Source of the DNA: an uncultured Actinomycetota bacterium
GTDB lineage: Bacteria > Actinomycetota > Actinomycetes > DATJPE01
Assembly: GCA_963820065.1 (NCBI GenBank)
Contig: CAWFYM010000013.1
Location: 5,835-69,834, forward strand
DNA: 64,000 nt
Reading direction: 5' to 3'
Numbering within the stretch: the stretch's first letter is position 1; every line of letters starts with the position of its first letter. Shown piece after piece: positions 1-10,621 of this stretch. Below the pieces are notes generated by a model, which worked only from the letters and a program-made list of their open reading frames with translations, was not told the DNA's origin and did no database searches. The translations under genes and the position numbers were made by a program.

Positions 1-1108
1 CATAGGGGAACACCGTCCGCGACAGACCGAGCTTGCCGTCGAAGGCCGCCCGATCGTCGTCGGTGGCCAACAGCTCGCGATACTCGCTGACGACCCGGTC
101 TCGCTCGGCGTGCAGGGCCGCGATGGGACGGGCCAGGTCGACCCCCTCACGCACTTTGGCGATGTAGTCGCGGATGAATCCGAAGGGGATCTCGACGTTC
201 TCGATCCAGATCTTGTCGGAGTGATAGAAGCCCGAGCCCGCGGAGAAGTTGAACCATGGCTCGCAGGCTTCCTCCCAGGCAACCAGCCAGGCGTCGCCCG
301 CTTCGGTTCCGCGAAGGGCGTCGCGCACTGACTCAGGGTCGCCAGCGAAGTGGTCAGCGATCCCGGATTCGACGGCCATCCTGGCGAGCTTCTTCAACTC
401 GTCGTCGGGCCGGAACAGGTCGACGTCGACGCCGGCGACCATCTTCGCGATCGCGAGGTCGGGGATGCTCGGGAACGCCTCCTTGCAGAAGCCGAAGAAG
501 TCGAGATACGCGGCATACCCGAGGTTGAGGAACTCGAAATGGTATTGCCACAGCTGGAGTGAGAGGTCGAGGAGCTTGCGGTAAGTGGCCTGTAGGTCGT
601 AACCGGAACCGATCCCCCGGCCCGAGGTGATCACCTCAAGATCTTCCTTCTCGGGGAGCGGTTCGACGCGCAGTTCGGTCATCTCCTGAACCAGAGCGCG
701 GATCTTCACCAGCCACTTGTCGTAGAGCTCGTCCCAGTTGCCGAAGTAGAAGCCGGCCCGCTCCATGAAGTGCGGTACACGCGCGCCAATCTCTTCCGGG
801 TCGGCCACGCCGACCGGGGCCAAGTAGGCGTAGCCGTTGAGGATCCGGAAGTCGACCCCGAGCGCCGGCGGGATCAGGTAGTGGCGGGTGTTGTACTGCG
901 ACAGCGAGGCGAGTGCGTACTCGTAGAACGTCGCGTCCCAGGGCGTCATCACCTCTGGCCAGTGCACGCCGTCCTGGAACCAGAAACCCGCGTCCTCATA
1001 CTCGCGGCGATCCTCGCTGAACAGCGATGAGTAGCTGTAGAGCGCCTCCCACCCCTCAGCGCCCGTGGGGGTCTCGATGTCGAACGGGCTTGGGAAACGA
1101 TCGGCCAT
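1..1108 (-). CDS. PEP-utilizing enzyme family protein (N-terminal part in window; C-terminus runs off window start)
   Basis: Unlisted minus-strand ORF starting ATG 1108 with GGAGG RBS 7 nt upstream (ACCCGGAGGTCCGCAATG). Translation begins MADRFPSPFDIETPTGAEGWEALYSYSSLFSEDRREYEDAGFWFQDGVHWPEVMTPWDATFYEYAL..., remembered as the N-terminal region of PEP-synthase-like 'PEP-utilizers' proteins. Lies 15 nt downstream of the PPDK_N gene stop. Confidence 0.55.
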   Translation of the reverse strand, partial: MADRFPSPFDIETPTGAEGWEALYSYSSLFSEDRREYEDAGFWFQDGVHWPEVMTPWDATFYEYALASLSQYNTRHYLIPPALGVDFRILNGYAYLAPVGVADPEEIGARVPHFMERAGFYFGNWDELYDKWLVKIRALVQEMTELRVEPLPEKEDLEVITSGRGIGSGYDLQATYRKLLDLSLQLWQYHFEFLNLGYAAYLDFFGFCKEAFPSIPDLAIAKMVAGVDVDLFRPDDELKKLARMAVESGIADHFAGDPESVRDALRGTEAGDAWLVAWEEACEPWFNFSAGSGFYHSDKIWIENVEIPFGFIRDYIAKVREGVDLARPIAALHAERDRVVSEYRELLATDDDRAAFDGKLGLSRTVFPY

Positions 1109-1123
1109 TGCGGACCTCCGGGT

Positions 1124-2194
1124 CTAGTCCTTGCGGGAGTACAACGGGTTGACGAGGGTGCTGACGATGCTGCTCATGAGGTCGGTCGTGCCGTGGGTGA
1201 CGGCGCGGTCCTTCTTGCTCCACACCGTCTCCGGCCGGGACTGAAGGAGAACCACGCTCGAGCCCTGGGGCAGGTCGGCGTCGATGGCCCATTCGATGTC
1301 CTGTGGGCAGCCGTAGTGCTTCTCGGCTGTGCGCGCCAAGCGCGCCACCGCCTGGATCTCCGCGTCGGTAACGCTGGGCACGTTGACCCGCTCGGGCTCG
1401 ACTTCCAGGAACTCCACCTGCTGACCGTCTACGAGGCGGTATTCGTGGGTCTTGGGTGAGATGGTCCGCCGGCTGATCGCGTAGAGCACCTTGTCGACGA
1501 GGAAGTTGTCGGGGGTCACCTCGCCGGAGACCACGCCTTCGCCGAACCCCCACGCACTGTCGATGGCGATCGTCGACCGGTCTCCGTTGCCAGGATTGAG
1601 CGTGAAGGCGACCCCGGCAGCCTTGGGCCGAATCATCTTCTGAACCGCAACGCTCATGGCCACGTCGAGGTGGGAGTAACCCATCTCGACCCGGTAGCAC
1701 AGCGCCCGGTCGGTGTACAGGCTGGCCCAGCACTGCCGTACGTGCTGACTGACGGCTTCGGCCCCGCAGATCCAAAGGTAGGTGTCGTGCTCGCCGGCAA
1801 ACGAGGCGTCCGGGGAGTCTTCGCTCGTCGCCGATGAGCGCACAGCCACGGGGACGTCGGCCATCTCGCACTGTTCGCACAGACTCGCGTAGGCCTCGGC
1901 GATCTCTGCCTCGACGTCGGTCGGCATAGGCCAGGACATGATCAACTGCCGGATGGCGGTCGCGCGCCGGGACACCGCTGGGAGATCGTCCACGTCCAGG
2001 CCCTCGAGGAGCTCGGCGATGTGATCGACGATCCCGGACTCGTCCCGTGCGCGACGGAACGCCTCGGTGGTCACCGCGAACCCTGGTGGTACGGGGAGCC
2101 CTGCCGCGACCATCTCACCGAGGCTGGCGCTCTTGCCGCCCACGGAAGCGCGCTGCTCCGGCACGAACGCGTCGAACCACACCACCACGCTCAT
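1124..2194 (-). CDS. PEP synthase/pyruvate phosphate dikinase N-terminal (PPDK_N, ATP-grasp-like) domain protein
   Basis: 356-aa ORF. GGKSASLGEM...PVPPGFAVTTEAF motif typical of the PEP/pyruvate-binding nucleotide domain. Start overlaps the upstream gene stop (ATGA). Confidence 0.7.
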   Translation of the reverse strand: MSVVVWFDAFVPEQRASVGGKSASLGEMVAAGLPVPPGFAVTTEAFRRARDESGIVDHIAELLEGLDVDDLPAVSRRATAIRQLIMSWPMPTDVEAEIAEAYASLCEQCEMADVPVAVRSSATSEDSPDASFAGEHDTYLWICGAEAVSQHVRQCWASLYTDRALCYRVEMGYSHLDVAMSVAVQKMIRPKAAGVAFTLNPGNGDRSTIAIDSAWGFGEGVVSGEVTPDNFLVDKVLYAISRRTISPKTHEYRLVDGQQVEFLEVEPERVNVPSVTDAEIQAVARLARTAEKHYGCPQDIEWAIDADLPQGSSVVLLQSRPETVWSKKDRAVTHGTTDLMSSIVSTLVNPLYSRKD

Positions 2195-3330
2195 CGGACC
2201 CCTCCTGCGGCGAGCTCCGTCGTGGTTCGCGCCGACCAGTCCGGCAGTTCCTCGGCTGCTGGTACATGAACTTCTTGGACGCGATTGCGATAGAGGACGA
2301 GCGCAGTGACGCCCCCATCGATCAGGCGGACTCGGACGAACTCGGTGTTGAAGGGCTCTCCGGGGTCATAACCCATGGCCCAGGTGGCGAAAGCTCGGAT
2401 CGGGCCGGAGTGCGTCGTGACCACGAGGGTCCGACCCGCCGATTCCTCGGCTACCCGCAGCAGGCCGGTCCAGAAGCGTCGTACACATGAGGTGGGTGGT
2501 TCGAGGTAGAGCATCGGCATCGTCAGCCAGTGGGTGATCGGATCGCCGCCCCCGTCTTGGATGCCCCAGAACCTGTCGACCTCGACGAGCCATCCCGGGC
2601 GCTCGCCGAGTGCCGTGCGTTCGTAGCGTTCCATCTCGCGCTGATAGAGACGGAACGCCGCCGTGATGTCACGGAAGCCTTCGGGGGTCCACACCCTGAA
2701 GTTGGAGAACTCGTCGTAGGCGGTGACCTCGCCGACCTCGGCCGTACGGCCGTACAACGACATCCCGTCGAGCAGCCCCCGCTTGAGGTGTTCGGCGGTC
2801 TGCCGTGCCCGGTTGGTGTCGGCGCTGGCCAGCGCCACCCGATGCCCGTCGTAGACCCGGCGGGCGATCTCCCGTCCGCGGTTGTGGGACTGCCACGATC
2901 CCAGCGGTGTGAGCCCCGCTTCCGAGGAATACCCCTGGGTCTCGCCGTGCCTGACGAAGTAGACGTCCGTGACGACATCGGCCGCCTGCTCGCGTCGTTC
3001 CGGCACGATCTCCTTGGTCCGGGTCACTTCCGCCCAGGCGCGTGTGGCGGCGAGCTCGGCGCCGTCCCACGTCGGGCGTGCCCGCTCGGTCGGCGCGTCC
3101 GCTCGAGCCGCGTCGCCGTCGTGGTGGCGGTCACGGAAGCGCCGTAGATACAGCGGGATGGTTCCGGCGTCGTCGGAGGGATTGAGGTCGCCCGCGCGGT
3201 TCTCCGCCTGACGTTGGCGATAGCGGGTGAGGTAAGCCGGAGCGTCCGGACGCTCTGTGCGGGGCAACTCGACACGCTGAGCGCCGGCGGACGGAGTCGC
3301 GTCGGTGTCCTGCATCCGGAACGCGGTCAC
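2191..3330 (-). CDS. histidine phosphatase (phosphoglycerate mutase) family protein with long low-complexity N-terminus
   Basis: 379-aa ORF, GTG start. VYFVRHGETQGY (catalytic RHG motif) precedes the core domain. The N-terminal ~120 aa are R/A/D-rich, so the true start may be later. Confidence 0.6.
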   Translation of the reverse strand: MTAFRMQDTDATPSAGAQRVELPRTERPDAPAYLTRYRQRQAENRAGDLNPSDDAGTIPLYLRRFRDRHHDGDAARADAPTERARPTWDGAELAATRAWAEVTRTKEIVPERREQAADVVTDVYFVRHGETQGYSSEAGLTPLGSWQSHNRGREIARRVYDGHRVALASADTNRARQTAEHLKRGLLDGMSLYGRTAEVGEVTAYDEFSNFRVWTPEGFRDITAAFRLYQREMERYERTALGERPGWLVEVDRFWGIQDGGGDPITHWLTMPMLYLEPPTSCVRRFWTGLLRVAEESAGRTLVVTTHSGPIRAFATWAMGYDPGEPFNTEFVRVRLIDGGVTALVLYRNRVQEVHVPAAEELPDWSARTTTELAAGGVR

Positions 3331-3340
3331 GAGCGAACCA

Positions 3341-4252
3341 TCATGAGTGCACCGTCAGGAACTTCTGGTCGACAACGCCGTCGTAGTAGAACAGGGCACG
3401 ACCCATCTCCGCCTCGGTCCAGGTGGTCGGTTCCGCATCGGGGTCCACCCAGTAGCCGCCCGTGAACACCTCGTTTCGGTTGCCACAGGGGTCGAAGAAG
3501 TAGAGACAGTGGCCGCGCGTTGCTCCGTGACGCGTGGGGTTCGTCTCGAGCCGGACCCCGTGGTACGCGCAGATGTCCGCGGCATTGCGGAGGTCTGTCC
3601 ACTCGTCCACCCAGAACGCGACGTGGTGCAGCCCACCATTGGGCCCGGTGATCAGGGCGATGTCATGCGAGCTGTGTGAGACCTCGAGCCACGTGGCAAT
3701 CTTGAATCCGTCGTCGCCGACGACCTGCTCGGTGACTCGAAAGTCCAGGACCTCGGTGAAGAACTCCGTGACCCCAGCGACATCCTCCGCAGTGAGGAAG
3801 ACGTGGTCGATCCTTGGCGGTGCTATTCCCACGAGGCCAAGCGGTCGGGGCGGTGGATTGGTCAGGGGCAACAAGTTGCCGACCTGCTCCATGGCGTGAA
3901 CCAGTTCCATGCTGTGGCCACTGGGAAGGTCGAATCGGACTGATTCGCCATGACCTGCTGCCCACTCCCCAGGCTGGAGACGCTTGACCGCGATTCCCGC
4001 GTTCTCGAGCCGCGCCTGATAGAGGTCGAGGTCTGCGGCCTCCGTGACCTTGAACCCCAGGTGGGCCAGCCCATGTGTTGGTGCGTCAGTGAGCACGATC
4101 GAGTGGTGTTGGTGCTCGTCCCAGCACTTGAGGAAGACGCGTTCAGGCTCCCGCGCCGTCTCGACCATCCCCACAACCTCGGAGTAGTAGGCGGCGGCTA
4201 GCTCGAGGTCGGGCTGACGCAGCTCGACGTGCGACAGGCGCAGGATGCTCAT
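3341..4252 (-). CDS. catechol 2,3-dioxygenase (type I extradiol dioxygenase, VOC fold)
   Basis: 303 aa. C-terminal ...HHVAFWVDEW...YFFDPCGNRNEVFTGGY...KFLTVHS matches the XylE/DmpB family end. ATG overlaps the stop of the upstream paralog (ATGA at 4252). Confidence 0.85.
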   Translation of the reverse strand: MSILRLSHVELRQPDLELAAAYYSEVVGMVETAREPERVFLKCWDEHQHHSIVLTDAPTHGLAHLGFKVTEAADLDLYQARLENAGIAVKRLQPGEWAAGHGESVRFDLPSGHSMELVHAMEQVGNLLPLTNPPPRPLGLVGIAPPRIDHVFLTAEDVAGVTEFFTEVLDFRVTEQVVGDDGFKIATWLEVSHSSHDIALITGPNGGLHHVAFWVDEWTDLRNAADICAYHGVRLETNPTRHGATRGHCLYFFDPCGNRNEVFTGGYWVDPDAEPTTWTEAEMGRALFYYDGVVDQKFLTVHS

Positions 4253-5160
4253 CAGGTGTGGACCTTCATGAAACGCTCGTTGAGCTCGCCCTCGTAGTAG
4301 AAGATGGCGCGCCCGACGTTGTCCTCGGTCCAGGTGATGGTCGGGAAATCTGGATCTGGGCGGTAACCGCCGGTGAAGACCTCGTTGCGGGTGCCCAACG
4401 GGTCGAAGAAGTAAATCGTCGTGCCGCGGGTGATGCCGTGCCTCGTTGGCCCGACGTCGATCTGGATGCCGTTGTAGGCCAAGATGTCGGCCGAGCGCCG
4501 CACGTGGTCCCAGTCGTCCAGCCAGTAGGCGAAATGATGGAGGCCACCATTGGGCCCGGTGACGACGGCAAGGTCGTGCGGGGAGTGGGAACGCTCCATC
4601 CAGGTGCCGATCTGGTGACCATTGCCGTCGAGCAGCTGCTCGGTCACCCGGAAACCCAGCACCTCCGTGTAGAACGTCGTGGCCTCGCCGACCTCTTCGG
4701 CCGTGACCAGGAGGTGGTCCATCCGCGGCGGTGCGATCCCTGGGATTCCTTGGGCGAAGGGCGGTGGGTTGATCTTGGGCAGGACGCCGCCCACCCGCTC
4801 GACGTCTCGGACCAGTTCCATGGTGTGCCCCGACGGGGTAGCAAACCGGATGGACTCGCCCTGGCCGACGGATTCACCCTTGCTGATCCGCTGGACGGGG
4901 AATCCATAGCGAGACACGGCGTTCTCGAGGTCGGCTAGGTCGTCCTCGTGCTCGACCTTGAACGCCATCAGGTCGAGGCCGACTCGGGGGGCGTAGGCGA
5001 GGCGCAAGGAATGATGGTCCGCCTCGTCCCAGCACTTCAGGTAGACCGAGTCCTCGTCACGTCCAGAGACGAGCATGCCCATGACCTCGGTGTAGTAGGC
5101 GGTAGCGAGGTCGAGGTCGGTGACCGTGACGTCGACATGGGCCATCCGCAGCACGCCCAC
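4252..5160 (-). CDS. catechol 2,3-dioxygenase paralog (extradiol dioxygenase)
   Basis: 302 aa, collinear similarity to the neighbouring dioxygenase (HHFAYWLDDW...YFFDPLGTRNEVFTGGY...RFMKVHT). Confidence 0.85.
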   Translation of the reverse strand: MGVLRMAHVDVTVTDLDLATAYYTEVMGMLVSGRDEDSVYLKCWDEADHHSLRLAYAPRVGLDLMAFKVEHEDDLADLENAVSRYGFPVQRISKGESVGQGESIRFATPSGHTMELVRDVERVGGVLPKINPPPFAQGIPGIAPPRMDHLLVTAEEVGEATTFYTEVLGFRVTEQLLDGNGHQIGTWMERSHSPHDLAVVTGPNGGLHHFAYWLDDWDHVRRSADILAYNGIQIDVGPTRHGITRGTTIYFFDPLGTRNEVFTGGYRPDPDFPTITWTEDNVGRAIFYYEGELNERFMKVHT

Positions 5161-5228
5161 GGGCCACCTCGCAGTCTGATGCTTCGTGCGTCGGGTCGGT
5201 GTCGCCGACGCTACGACGCGGTGTCCCG

Positions 5229-5982
5229 CATGACAGGACCACGTGCCGCCATGCGGGACGGGGTGGTCTACGGTCCACGGATGGAGTCACCACGCCCCGA
5301 GGACATGCGTGCCCTCGTCGCTGACTTCGTCCGGTCCCTCCACGTGGCCTACCTCGATCAGGCAAGGCTGCTCCCACCGGCCGAGCGGGCAAGGCTCCCG
5401 TTGCTCGCCGCCCCGGACCTCGTCGTCGCCGCTGCGGCTGCCCGGCAGCTACATCTGGTCGCCACCGCTGACGCCTTTCCCCCTCCGACCGGCCCCGAGG
5501 TCGTCGTGGCCGACGAGCTTCCCGGTCTGTCCTGGTCGGTTCGATTCTTCGACCCCGTCGTGCTCCCTGAGTTGGGGTTGCTGGGCGACAGCGGTGAGGC
5601 GGCAGCTTCCGACGTCCGGCGGGTGCTTGGGGTGGGTCGGATGGTCTATCACCTATCCGTCAGCCCGGGCGGCGGCTTGACCCCCCACCACGCCCAGCAT
5701 GCCGGCACTGGTCTGGCCAATCAGCACGCCGCTGCCGCTCGCGATTTCGAGGCGTTGCGGGCAGCTGTCGGCGCCCGCGCAGAGTTGGTTGACGAGATGG
5801 CCGTCGCCGAGCGGGTCGGCCTGACTCAGGCGGTGGCCTTGCTCGCCGAGGCGATCCTGCCGGGAGACCCGAGCGTCCGCCTCGCCGCACGCGAGAGATC
5901 CGCAGAAGCGGTGCGTCGCGCCCTCCTGAGCGCTGTGCGCGGGCAACTGCCGACGCAGACGTCGGGAGCTCCCCGTGGTTGA
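5229..5982 (+). CDS. hypothetical protein
   Basis: In-frame portion of listed ORF 4948..5982 downstream of the dioxygenase gene end (ATG at 5229, alternatives 5251/5283). No recognisable motif. Confidence 0.3.
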
Positions 5983-6793
5983 TGACAAGCGGTCCACCGG
6001 TGGAACGCAGGTGCTCACGAGCGTCGCGAATGCCGCCCGGTTGCTCAAAGAGTTCGGTCGGGGCGGAGAGCGGGAGCTGGGAGTGAGCGAGCTGGCCCGA
6101 CGCCTGGGTATCGGCAAGAGCACCGCCCACCGGCTGGTGCACACCCTGGCGAGCGAGCGATTGTTGGAACAAGACCCCGAGACCGGCGCTTATCGCCTCG
6201 GGCTCGTGGTGCACGAGATGGGCGCCAGCGTGCAAAGCGGCATGGACATCCACTCTGCCGCGACGCCCGTGATGGAGCAGTTGCGCAACCTGACCAAGGA
6301 GACCGTGCAGATCGCGGTGCTCGACTTCCGCGAGGTGGTCTACATCGAACGGCGCGAGAGCCCTCAGACGATTCGACTCTTCGGGCGGGTCGGTCACCGA
6401 AACAGCGCCAATTCGACTTCGACGGGCAAGGTGTTGTTGGCCTTCCTTCCTCCAGAGGAGCTTGACCTCGTGCTCAAGGATTGGCGGCTCCCTCGCAAGA
6501 CGCCCTTCACGGTCACTGACCAGCGCACACTTCGCACCCAGCTGCAGGTGGTCCGAGCTAAGGGATACGCCGAAAATGTCCAGGAGACCGAGATCGGCGT
6601 CGGCTCACTCGCTGCGCCGATCCGCGGCGCCCTGGGCGACGTCGTGGCAGCGCTGTCCGTCGCTGGACCCGTGCAGCGGTTGGACGGTGACAGCATGCAG
6701 CGCTTCGCCCGCCCCGTTGTGGAGTCTGCGGCTGCTATCAGCCGCAGACTGGGTTGGCGCGATCACTCTGTGGCCCGAGGGGGACCGGCATGA
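5975..6793 (+). CDS. IclR family transcriptional regulator
   Basis: 272 aa. N-terminal HTH (LGVSELARRLGIGKSTAHRLVHTL) plus IclR effector domain. Sits at the head of the meta-pathway operon. Confidence 0.85.
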   Translation: MVDDKRSTGGTQVLTSVANAARLLKEFGRGGERELGVSELARRLGIGKSTAHRLVHTLASERLLEQDPETGAYRLGLVVHEMGASVQSGMDIHSAATPVMEQLRNLTKETVQIAVLDFREVVYIERRESPQTIRLFGRVGHRNSANSTSTGKVLLAFLPPEELDLVLKDWRLPRKTPFTVTDQRTLRTQLQVVRAKGYAENVQETEIGVGSLAAPIRGALGDVVAALSVAGPVQRLDGDSMQRFARPVVESAAAISRRLGWRDHSVARGGPA

Positions 6794-7578
6794 CGTTGAC
6801 GAGCGCAGAGGCTGATGGGCTGGCCGACGCCATCTACTCCGCCCGGCGTACGGGGGTCTCGATCGCGCCGCTCACCGAGGCCCGCCCCGACCTATCGGTA
6901 GCCGAGGCCTACCTCGTGCAGCAAGGCGTCGTCAGGCGCTACCTGGAAGACGGCGACCGTATTGTCGGCTACAAGCTGGGCTTGACCAGCGCACCCATGC
7001 AGCAGCTGTTCGGGGTCGAGTCGCCCGACTTCGCCCCCGTGATGGCATCCCACGTCCATGCGGATGCGGCCGCGGTCCCTGCGGAAAGCTTCATCGCCCC
7101 ACGAGTGGAAGCCGAGATCGCTCTGGTGCTCGGCGCGGACCTCGCGGGGCCCGACTGCACCGCTGTCGACGTGCTGCGCGCGACGGAAGGGGCCGTCGCC
7201 GCGCTCGAGCTGGTCGACAGCCGGATCCGGGACTGGACGATCACCTTGGCCGACACGGTGGCCGACATGGCCAGCAGCGGCGCGATCGTCCTCGGCGGCC
7301 GAGCGGTCCCGCTCGCGGACATCGACCTCCGGCTGATCGGCATGGTGTTCAGCCGCAACGGCGAGGTCATGGCTAGCGGCGCGGGGGCGGCGGCGCTCGG
7401 CAATCCAGCCGCGGCCGTGGCGTGGCTCGTCCGGACCCTGCACGAGTTGGGGACTTCGCTCTCGGCGGGTGACGTGGTCATGACTGGTGCGCTTCACGCC
7501 GCGTTACCCGTTGCGCCGGGTGAGGTCTACCGGGCAGATTTCGACCGGCTCGGTCCGGTCTCCTTGCGGATCGTCTGA
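6790..7578 (+). CDS. 2-keto-4-pentenoate (2-oxopent-4-enoate) hydratase
   Basis: MhpD/DmpE/XylJ family ([22 protein letters not shown]...GYKLGLTS). ATG at 6790 overlaps the IclR stop. Confidence 0.8.
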   Translation: MTLTSAEADGLADAIYSARRTGVSIAPLTEARPDLSVAEAYLVQQGVVRRYLEDGDRIVGYKLGLTSAPMQQLFGVESPDFAPVMASHVHADAAAVPAESFIAPRVEAEIALVLGADLAGPDCTAVDVLRATEGAVAALELVDSRIRDWTITLADTVADMASSGAIVLGGRAVPLADIDLRLIGMVFSRNGEVMASGAGAAALGNPAAAVAWLVRTLHELGTSLSAGDVVMTGALHAALPVAPGEVYRADFDRLGPVSLRIV

Positions 7579-7589
7579 GAGGGCTCGAC

Positions 7590-8498
7590 ATGGGATACCC
7601 CTGCGCGATCATCGGATCCGGCAACATCGGCACCGATCTGATGATCAAGATTGGCCGCTCGGAAGTCCTCGACCTGGTCGCCCTCATTGGCATCGATCCG
7701 GCGAGCGAGGGGTTGGCCCGCGCACGCAGCCTGGGAGTCGAAGCTTCTGCCGACGGCATCGACTGGGTATCGGATCATCCAGACGCGGTCCGGTTGGTAT
7801 TCGACGCAACCAGTGCCTACGTCCACGTCCGCCACGCCAAGGTCTTGGCTGCGCTCGGGATCAAGGCTGTCGACCTGACTCCGGCTGCGCGGGGGCCCAA
7901 AGTCATCCCCTCGGTGAACCTCGATGCCCACCTCGACGCGCCGAACGTCAACATGGTGACCTGCGGCGGTCAGGCCACGACGCCGATGGTCGCGGCGGTG
8001 AGCCGGGTGACCCGCGTGCCCTACGCGGAGATGGTGTCCACCGTCGCCTCGGCGTCGGCCGGGCCGGGCACCCGGCAGAACATCGATGAGTTCACCCGCA
8101 CCACGGCGCGGGCCCTGGAAGAGGTGGGCGGCGCCGAGCGCGGAAAAGCGATCATCATCCTCAATCCGGCCGATCCACCGATCCTCATGCGCAACACGGT
8201 CTATTGCGGGCTACCTGAGGGGACCGACCACGCAGCAGTGCTCGCCTCGATCGAGGCCATGGTGGCCGACGTGGCGAAATACGTTCCCGGCTATCGGCTC
8301 AAGCAGCCCCCGGTGATTGAGCAGGGCCCGTTCAACACCCCTGGCGGGGCGGTTCCCTTCCGAAGTGTGGTGCTCCTGGAGGTCGAGGGAGCCGGAGACT
8401 TCCTTCCCACCTACGCGGGAAACCTCGACATCATGACGGCTGCGGCCGTACGGGTCGGGGAGGCCATGGCTCTGGCCGACGCGGGGGTGTCCGTATGA
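7590..8498 (+). CDS. acetaldehyde dehydrogenase (acetylating)
   Basis: 302 aa, N-terminal [16 protein letters not shown], DmpF/MhpF/BphJ family. Confidence 0.9.
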   Translation: MGYPCAIIGSGNIGTDLMIKIGRSEVLDLVALIGIDPASEGLARARSLGVEASADGIDWVSDHPDAVRLVFDATSAYVHVRHAKVLAALGIKAVDLTPAARGPKVIPSVNLDAHLDAPNVNMVTCGGQATTPMVAAVSRVTRVPYAEMVSTVASASAGPGTRQNIDEFTRTTARALEEVGGAERGKAIIILNPADPPILMRNTVYCGLPEGTDHAAVLASIEAMVADVAKYVPGYRLKQPPVIEQGPFNTPGGAVPFRSVVLLEVEGAGDFLPTYAGNLDIMTAAAVRVGEAMALADAGVSV

Positions 8499-9577
8499 GC
8501 GTCATCGAAACGGACGGGGCCGCGAGCGCAGTCACGCCGGACTTCCGACTCATCGACTCGACGCTGCGCGACGGGTCGCATGCGGTCTCCCACCAGTACA
8601 CGGTTGACGATGTTGTGGCCATCGTGCGCGGGCTCGACCGGGCTGGCGTGCAGGTCATCGAGATCGCGCACGGCGACGGGCTCGGGGGCTCGTCCTTCAA
8701 CTACGGGTTCTCCGCGGTCGACGAGAAGGAACTTGTGGCCCGGGCGGTCGAGGCGACGACCAACGCCAAGATCGCCTGCATGTTGCTGCCGGGCATCGGG
8801 GTCGCCGAGGACCTGAGGGACGTACGCGAGCTCGGCGTGGAGGTCGCGCGGATCGCCGTCCACTGCACCGAGGCCGACATCACCCAGCAGCACATCGCGC
8901 TGGCGAAGGAGCTGGGGATGGAGGCCATCGGTTTCATGATGATGAGCCACATGAACACGCCGGAAGGCTTGCTGGAGCAAGGGAAGTTGTTGCAGTCCTA
9001 CGGCGCAGACGCGGTCTACATCGCCGACTCAGCGGGGGCGATGACGACGGCCGACGTACGCGCCCGCATCGCAACGCTCGTCGATGGCCTCGACGTCCCG
9101 GTGGGCCTCCACGCACACAACAACCTGTCGATGGCGGTCGCGAACTCGATCGCCGCCTTCGAGGAGGGTGCCGGCAACCTCGACGGCACGAGCGCCGGTC
9201 TGGGGGCCGGCGCAGGCAACTGCCCGACCGAGATCCTCGCCGCCGTGTGCGACAAGTACTCCATCGCCACCGGCGTCGACGCGCTCGGACTGATGGACGT
9301 GGCCGAGGAGATCGTCCGCCCGATGATGCCCCGCCAGCAGGTGATCGACCGGGCTGGTCTGTTGCTCGGCTATGCGGGTGTCTACGGGTCATTCCTGCTG
9401 CATGCCGAGCGTGCCGCCGAACGCTATGGGGTGTCGCAAGCAGACATCCTGCTCGAGCTGGGCCGCCGCAAGGTGGTCGGCGGTCAGGAGGACATGATCA
9501 TCGACGTCGCGGTGGAGCTGGCTCGGGCGCACGCCGCGGCACCAGCTCAGGACTCGGCCACCGGAGGTTCGGCATGA
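8495..9577 (+). CDS. 4-hydroxy-2-oxovalerate aldolase
   Basis: 360 aa, [13 protein letters not shown]...[13 protein letters not shown], DmpG/MhpE/BphI family. Overlaps both neighbours (ATGA). Confidence 0.9.
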   Translation: MSVIETDGAASAVTPDFRLIDSTLRDGSHAVSHQYTVDDVVAIVRGLDRAGVQVIEIAHGDGLGGSSFNYGFSAVDEKELVARAVEATTNAKIACMLLPGIGVAEDLRDVRELGVEVARIAVHCTEADITQQHIALAKELGMEAIGFMMMSHMNTPEGLLEQGKLLQSYGADAVYIADSAGAMTTADVRARIATLVDGLDVPVGLHAHNNLSMAVANSIAAFEEGAGNLDGTSAGLGAGAGNCPTEILAAVCDKYSIATGVDALGLMDVAEEIVRPMMPRQQVIDRAGLLLGYAGVYGSFLLHAERAAERYGVSQADILLELGRRKVVGGQEDMIIDVAVELARAHAAAPAQDSATGGSA

Positions 9578-10365
9578 GTGGCGCCGATCAGCTGGACACC
9601 GCGCCCCTGGTGCAGACCTTGATCGCGGCCGTGCGTGACCGGACGGCCGTGACTCCGCTCACGAACACCATCAACGGTCTGGATGTGGCGACCGCCTACT
9701 CGGTCCAAGACGCTGTTGTCGATGCTCGCGTCGCTGCGGGGGCTGAGGTGGTGGGAGCGAAGCTCGGTCTGACCAGCGAGGCCAAGCAGCGTCAGATGAA
9801 GGTCGACTCGCCGATCTACGGCTGGCTCACCGGCGACATGCAGCTCGACGCCGGCGAGGCGCTGGTCTGCGAGCGTTACATCCAGCCGCGGTGCGAGCCG
9901 GAAGTGGCCTTCCTTCTGGACCGGGACCTGGCAGGGGCTCATGTCACCGCCGCGCATGTGCTGGCAGCGACCGATGCGTTGTTCGCGGCCGTCGATGTCC
10001 TCGACTCGCGTTTCGCGGGCTACGCGTTCACCCTTCCCGACGTGGTTGCCGACAACGCCTCGTCGGCCGGGTTCGTCCTGAGCGGCACCGCCATCGACCC
10101 ACGAGGGATCGATCTGCGCCTGGTCGGGTGCGTGCTCGAGAAGAACGGGGAGCTGATCGCCACGGCCGCTGGCGCGGCCGTCCTCGGTCACCCCGCTGCC
10201 TCCGTGGCTTGGCTCGTCCGCGCGCTTGCGGCCCGCGGGCGCGGTCTTCGGGCCGGACAGATCGTGATGGCGGGGGCTCTCACCGAGGCCGTTGCCGTCG
10301 CTCCGGGAGACACAATCGTGGCGCGCTTCGACCGTCTGGGCACGATCGAGATCGCTTGCCGGTGA
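9574..10365 (+). CDS. 4-oxalocrotonate decarboxylase (hydratase/decarboxylase family paralog)
   Basis: Real start is ATG 9574 inside listed ORF 9247..10365. Second MhpD-family paralog (GAKLGLTSEAKQ...), positioned as dmpH/xylI before the tautomerase. Confidence 0.75.
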   Translation: MSGADQLDTAPLVQTLIAAVRDRTAVTPLTNTINGLDVATAYSVQDAVVDARVAAGAEVVGAKLGLTSEAKQRQMKVDSPIYGWLTGDMQLDAGEALVCERYIQPRCEPEVAFLLDRDLAGAHVTAAHVLAATDALFAAVDVLDSRFAGYAFTLPDVVADNASSAGFVLSGTAIDPRGIDLRLVGCVLEKNGELIATAAGAAVLGHPAASVAWLVRALAARGRGLRAGQIVMAGALTEAVAVAPGDTIVARFDRLGTIEIACR

Positions 10366-10378
10366 AGGAGATTGAGCC

Positions 10379-10621
10379 ATGCCGCTGATCCAGGTCACGA
10401 TGGTGGCCGGGCGTACTCCGGAACAGAAGCAGGCCTTGATCCATGGGCTCTCCGAGGCGGCCGCTGCTGCCCTTGACACCCCGATCGACCGGGTGCGGGT
10501 CGCCATCTATGAGGTCTCCGCCGACGAGTGGGGAATCGGTGGTCGCTCCTACGCCGAGGTGCGCGCACCAGCGGCCCAGCCCCAGGTGCAAGCCGTAGCT
10601 AGTCGCACGGAGGATGCGTGA
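10379..10621 (+). CDS. 4-oxalocrotonate tautomerase (extended, 80 aa)
   Basis: MPLIQVTMVAGRTPEQKQALI: catalytic Pro1 right after Met, 4-OT family. About 18 aa longer than canonical 62-aa 4-OTs. Confidence 0.8.
   Translation: MPLIQVTMVAGRTPEQKQALIHGLSEAAAAALDTPIDRVRVAIYEVSADEWGIGGRSYAEVRAPAAQPQVQAVASRTEDA

Noticed and set aside
9247-10365. 372-aa ORF overlapping the aldolase gene by 330 nt
   Set aside because: The N-terminal part is Arg/Gly/Pro-rich frame noise inside the aldolase CDS. The decarboxylase homology begins at the ATG at 9574, which overlaps the aldolase stop.
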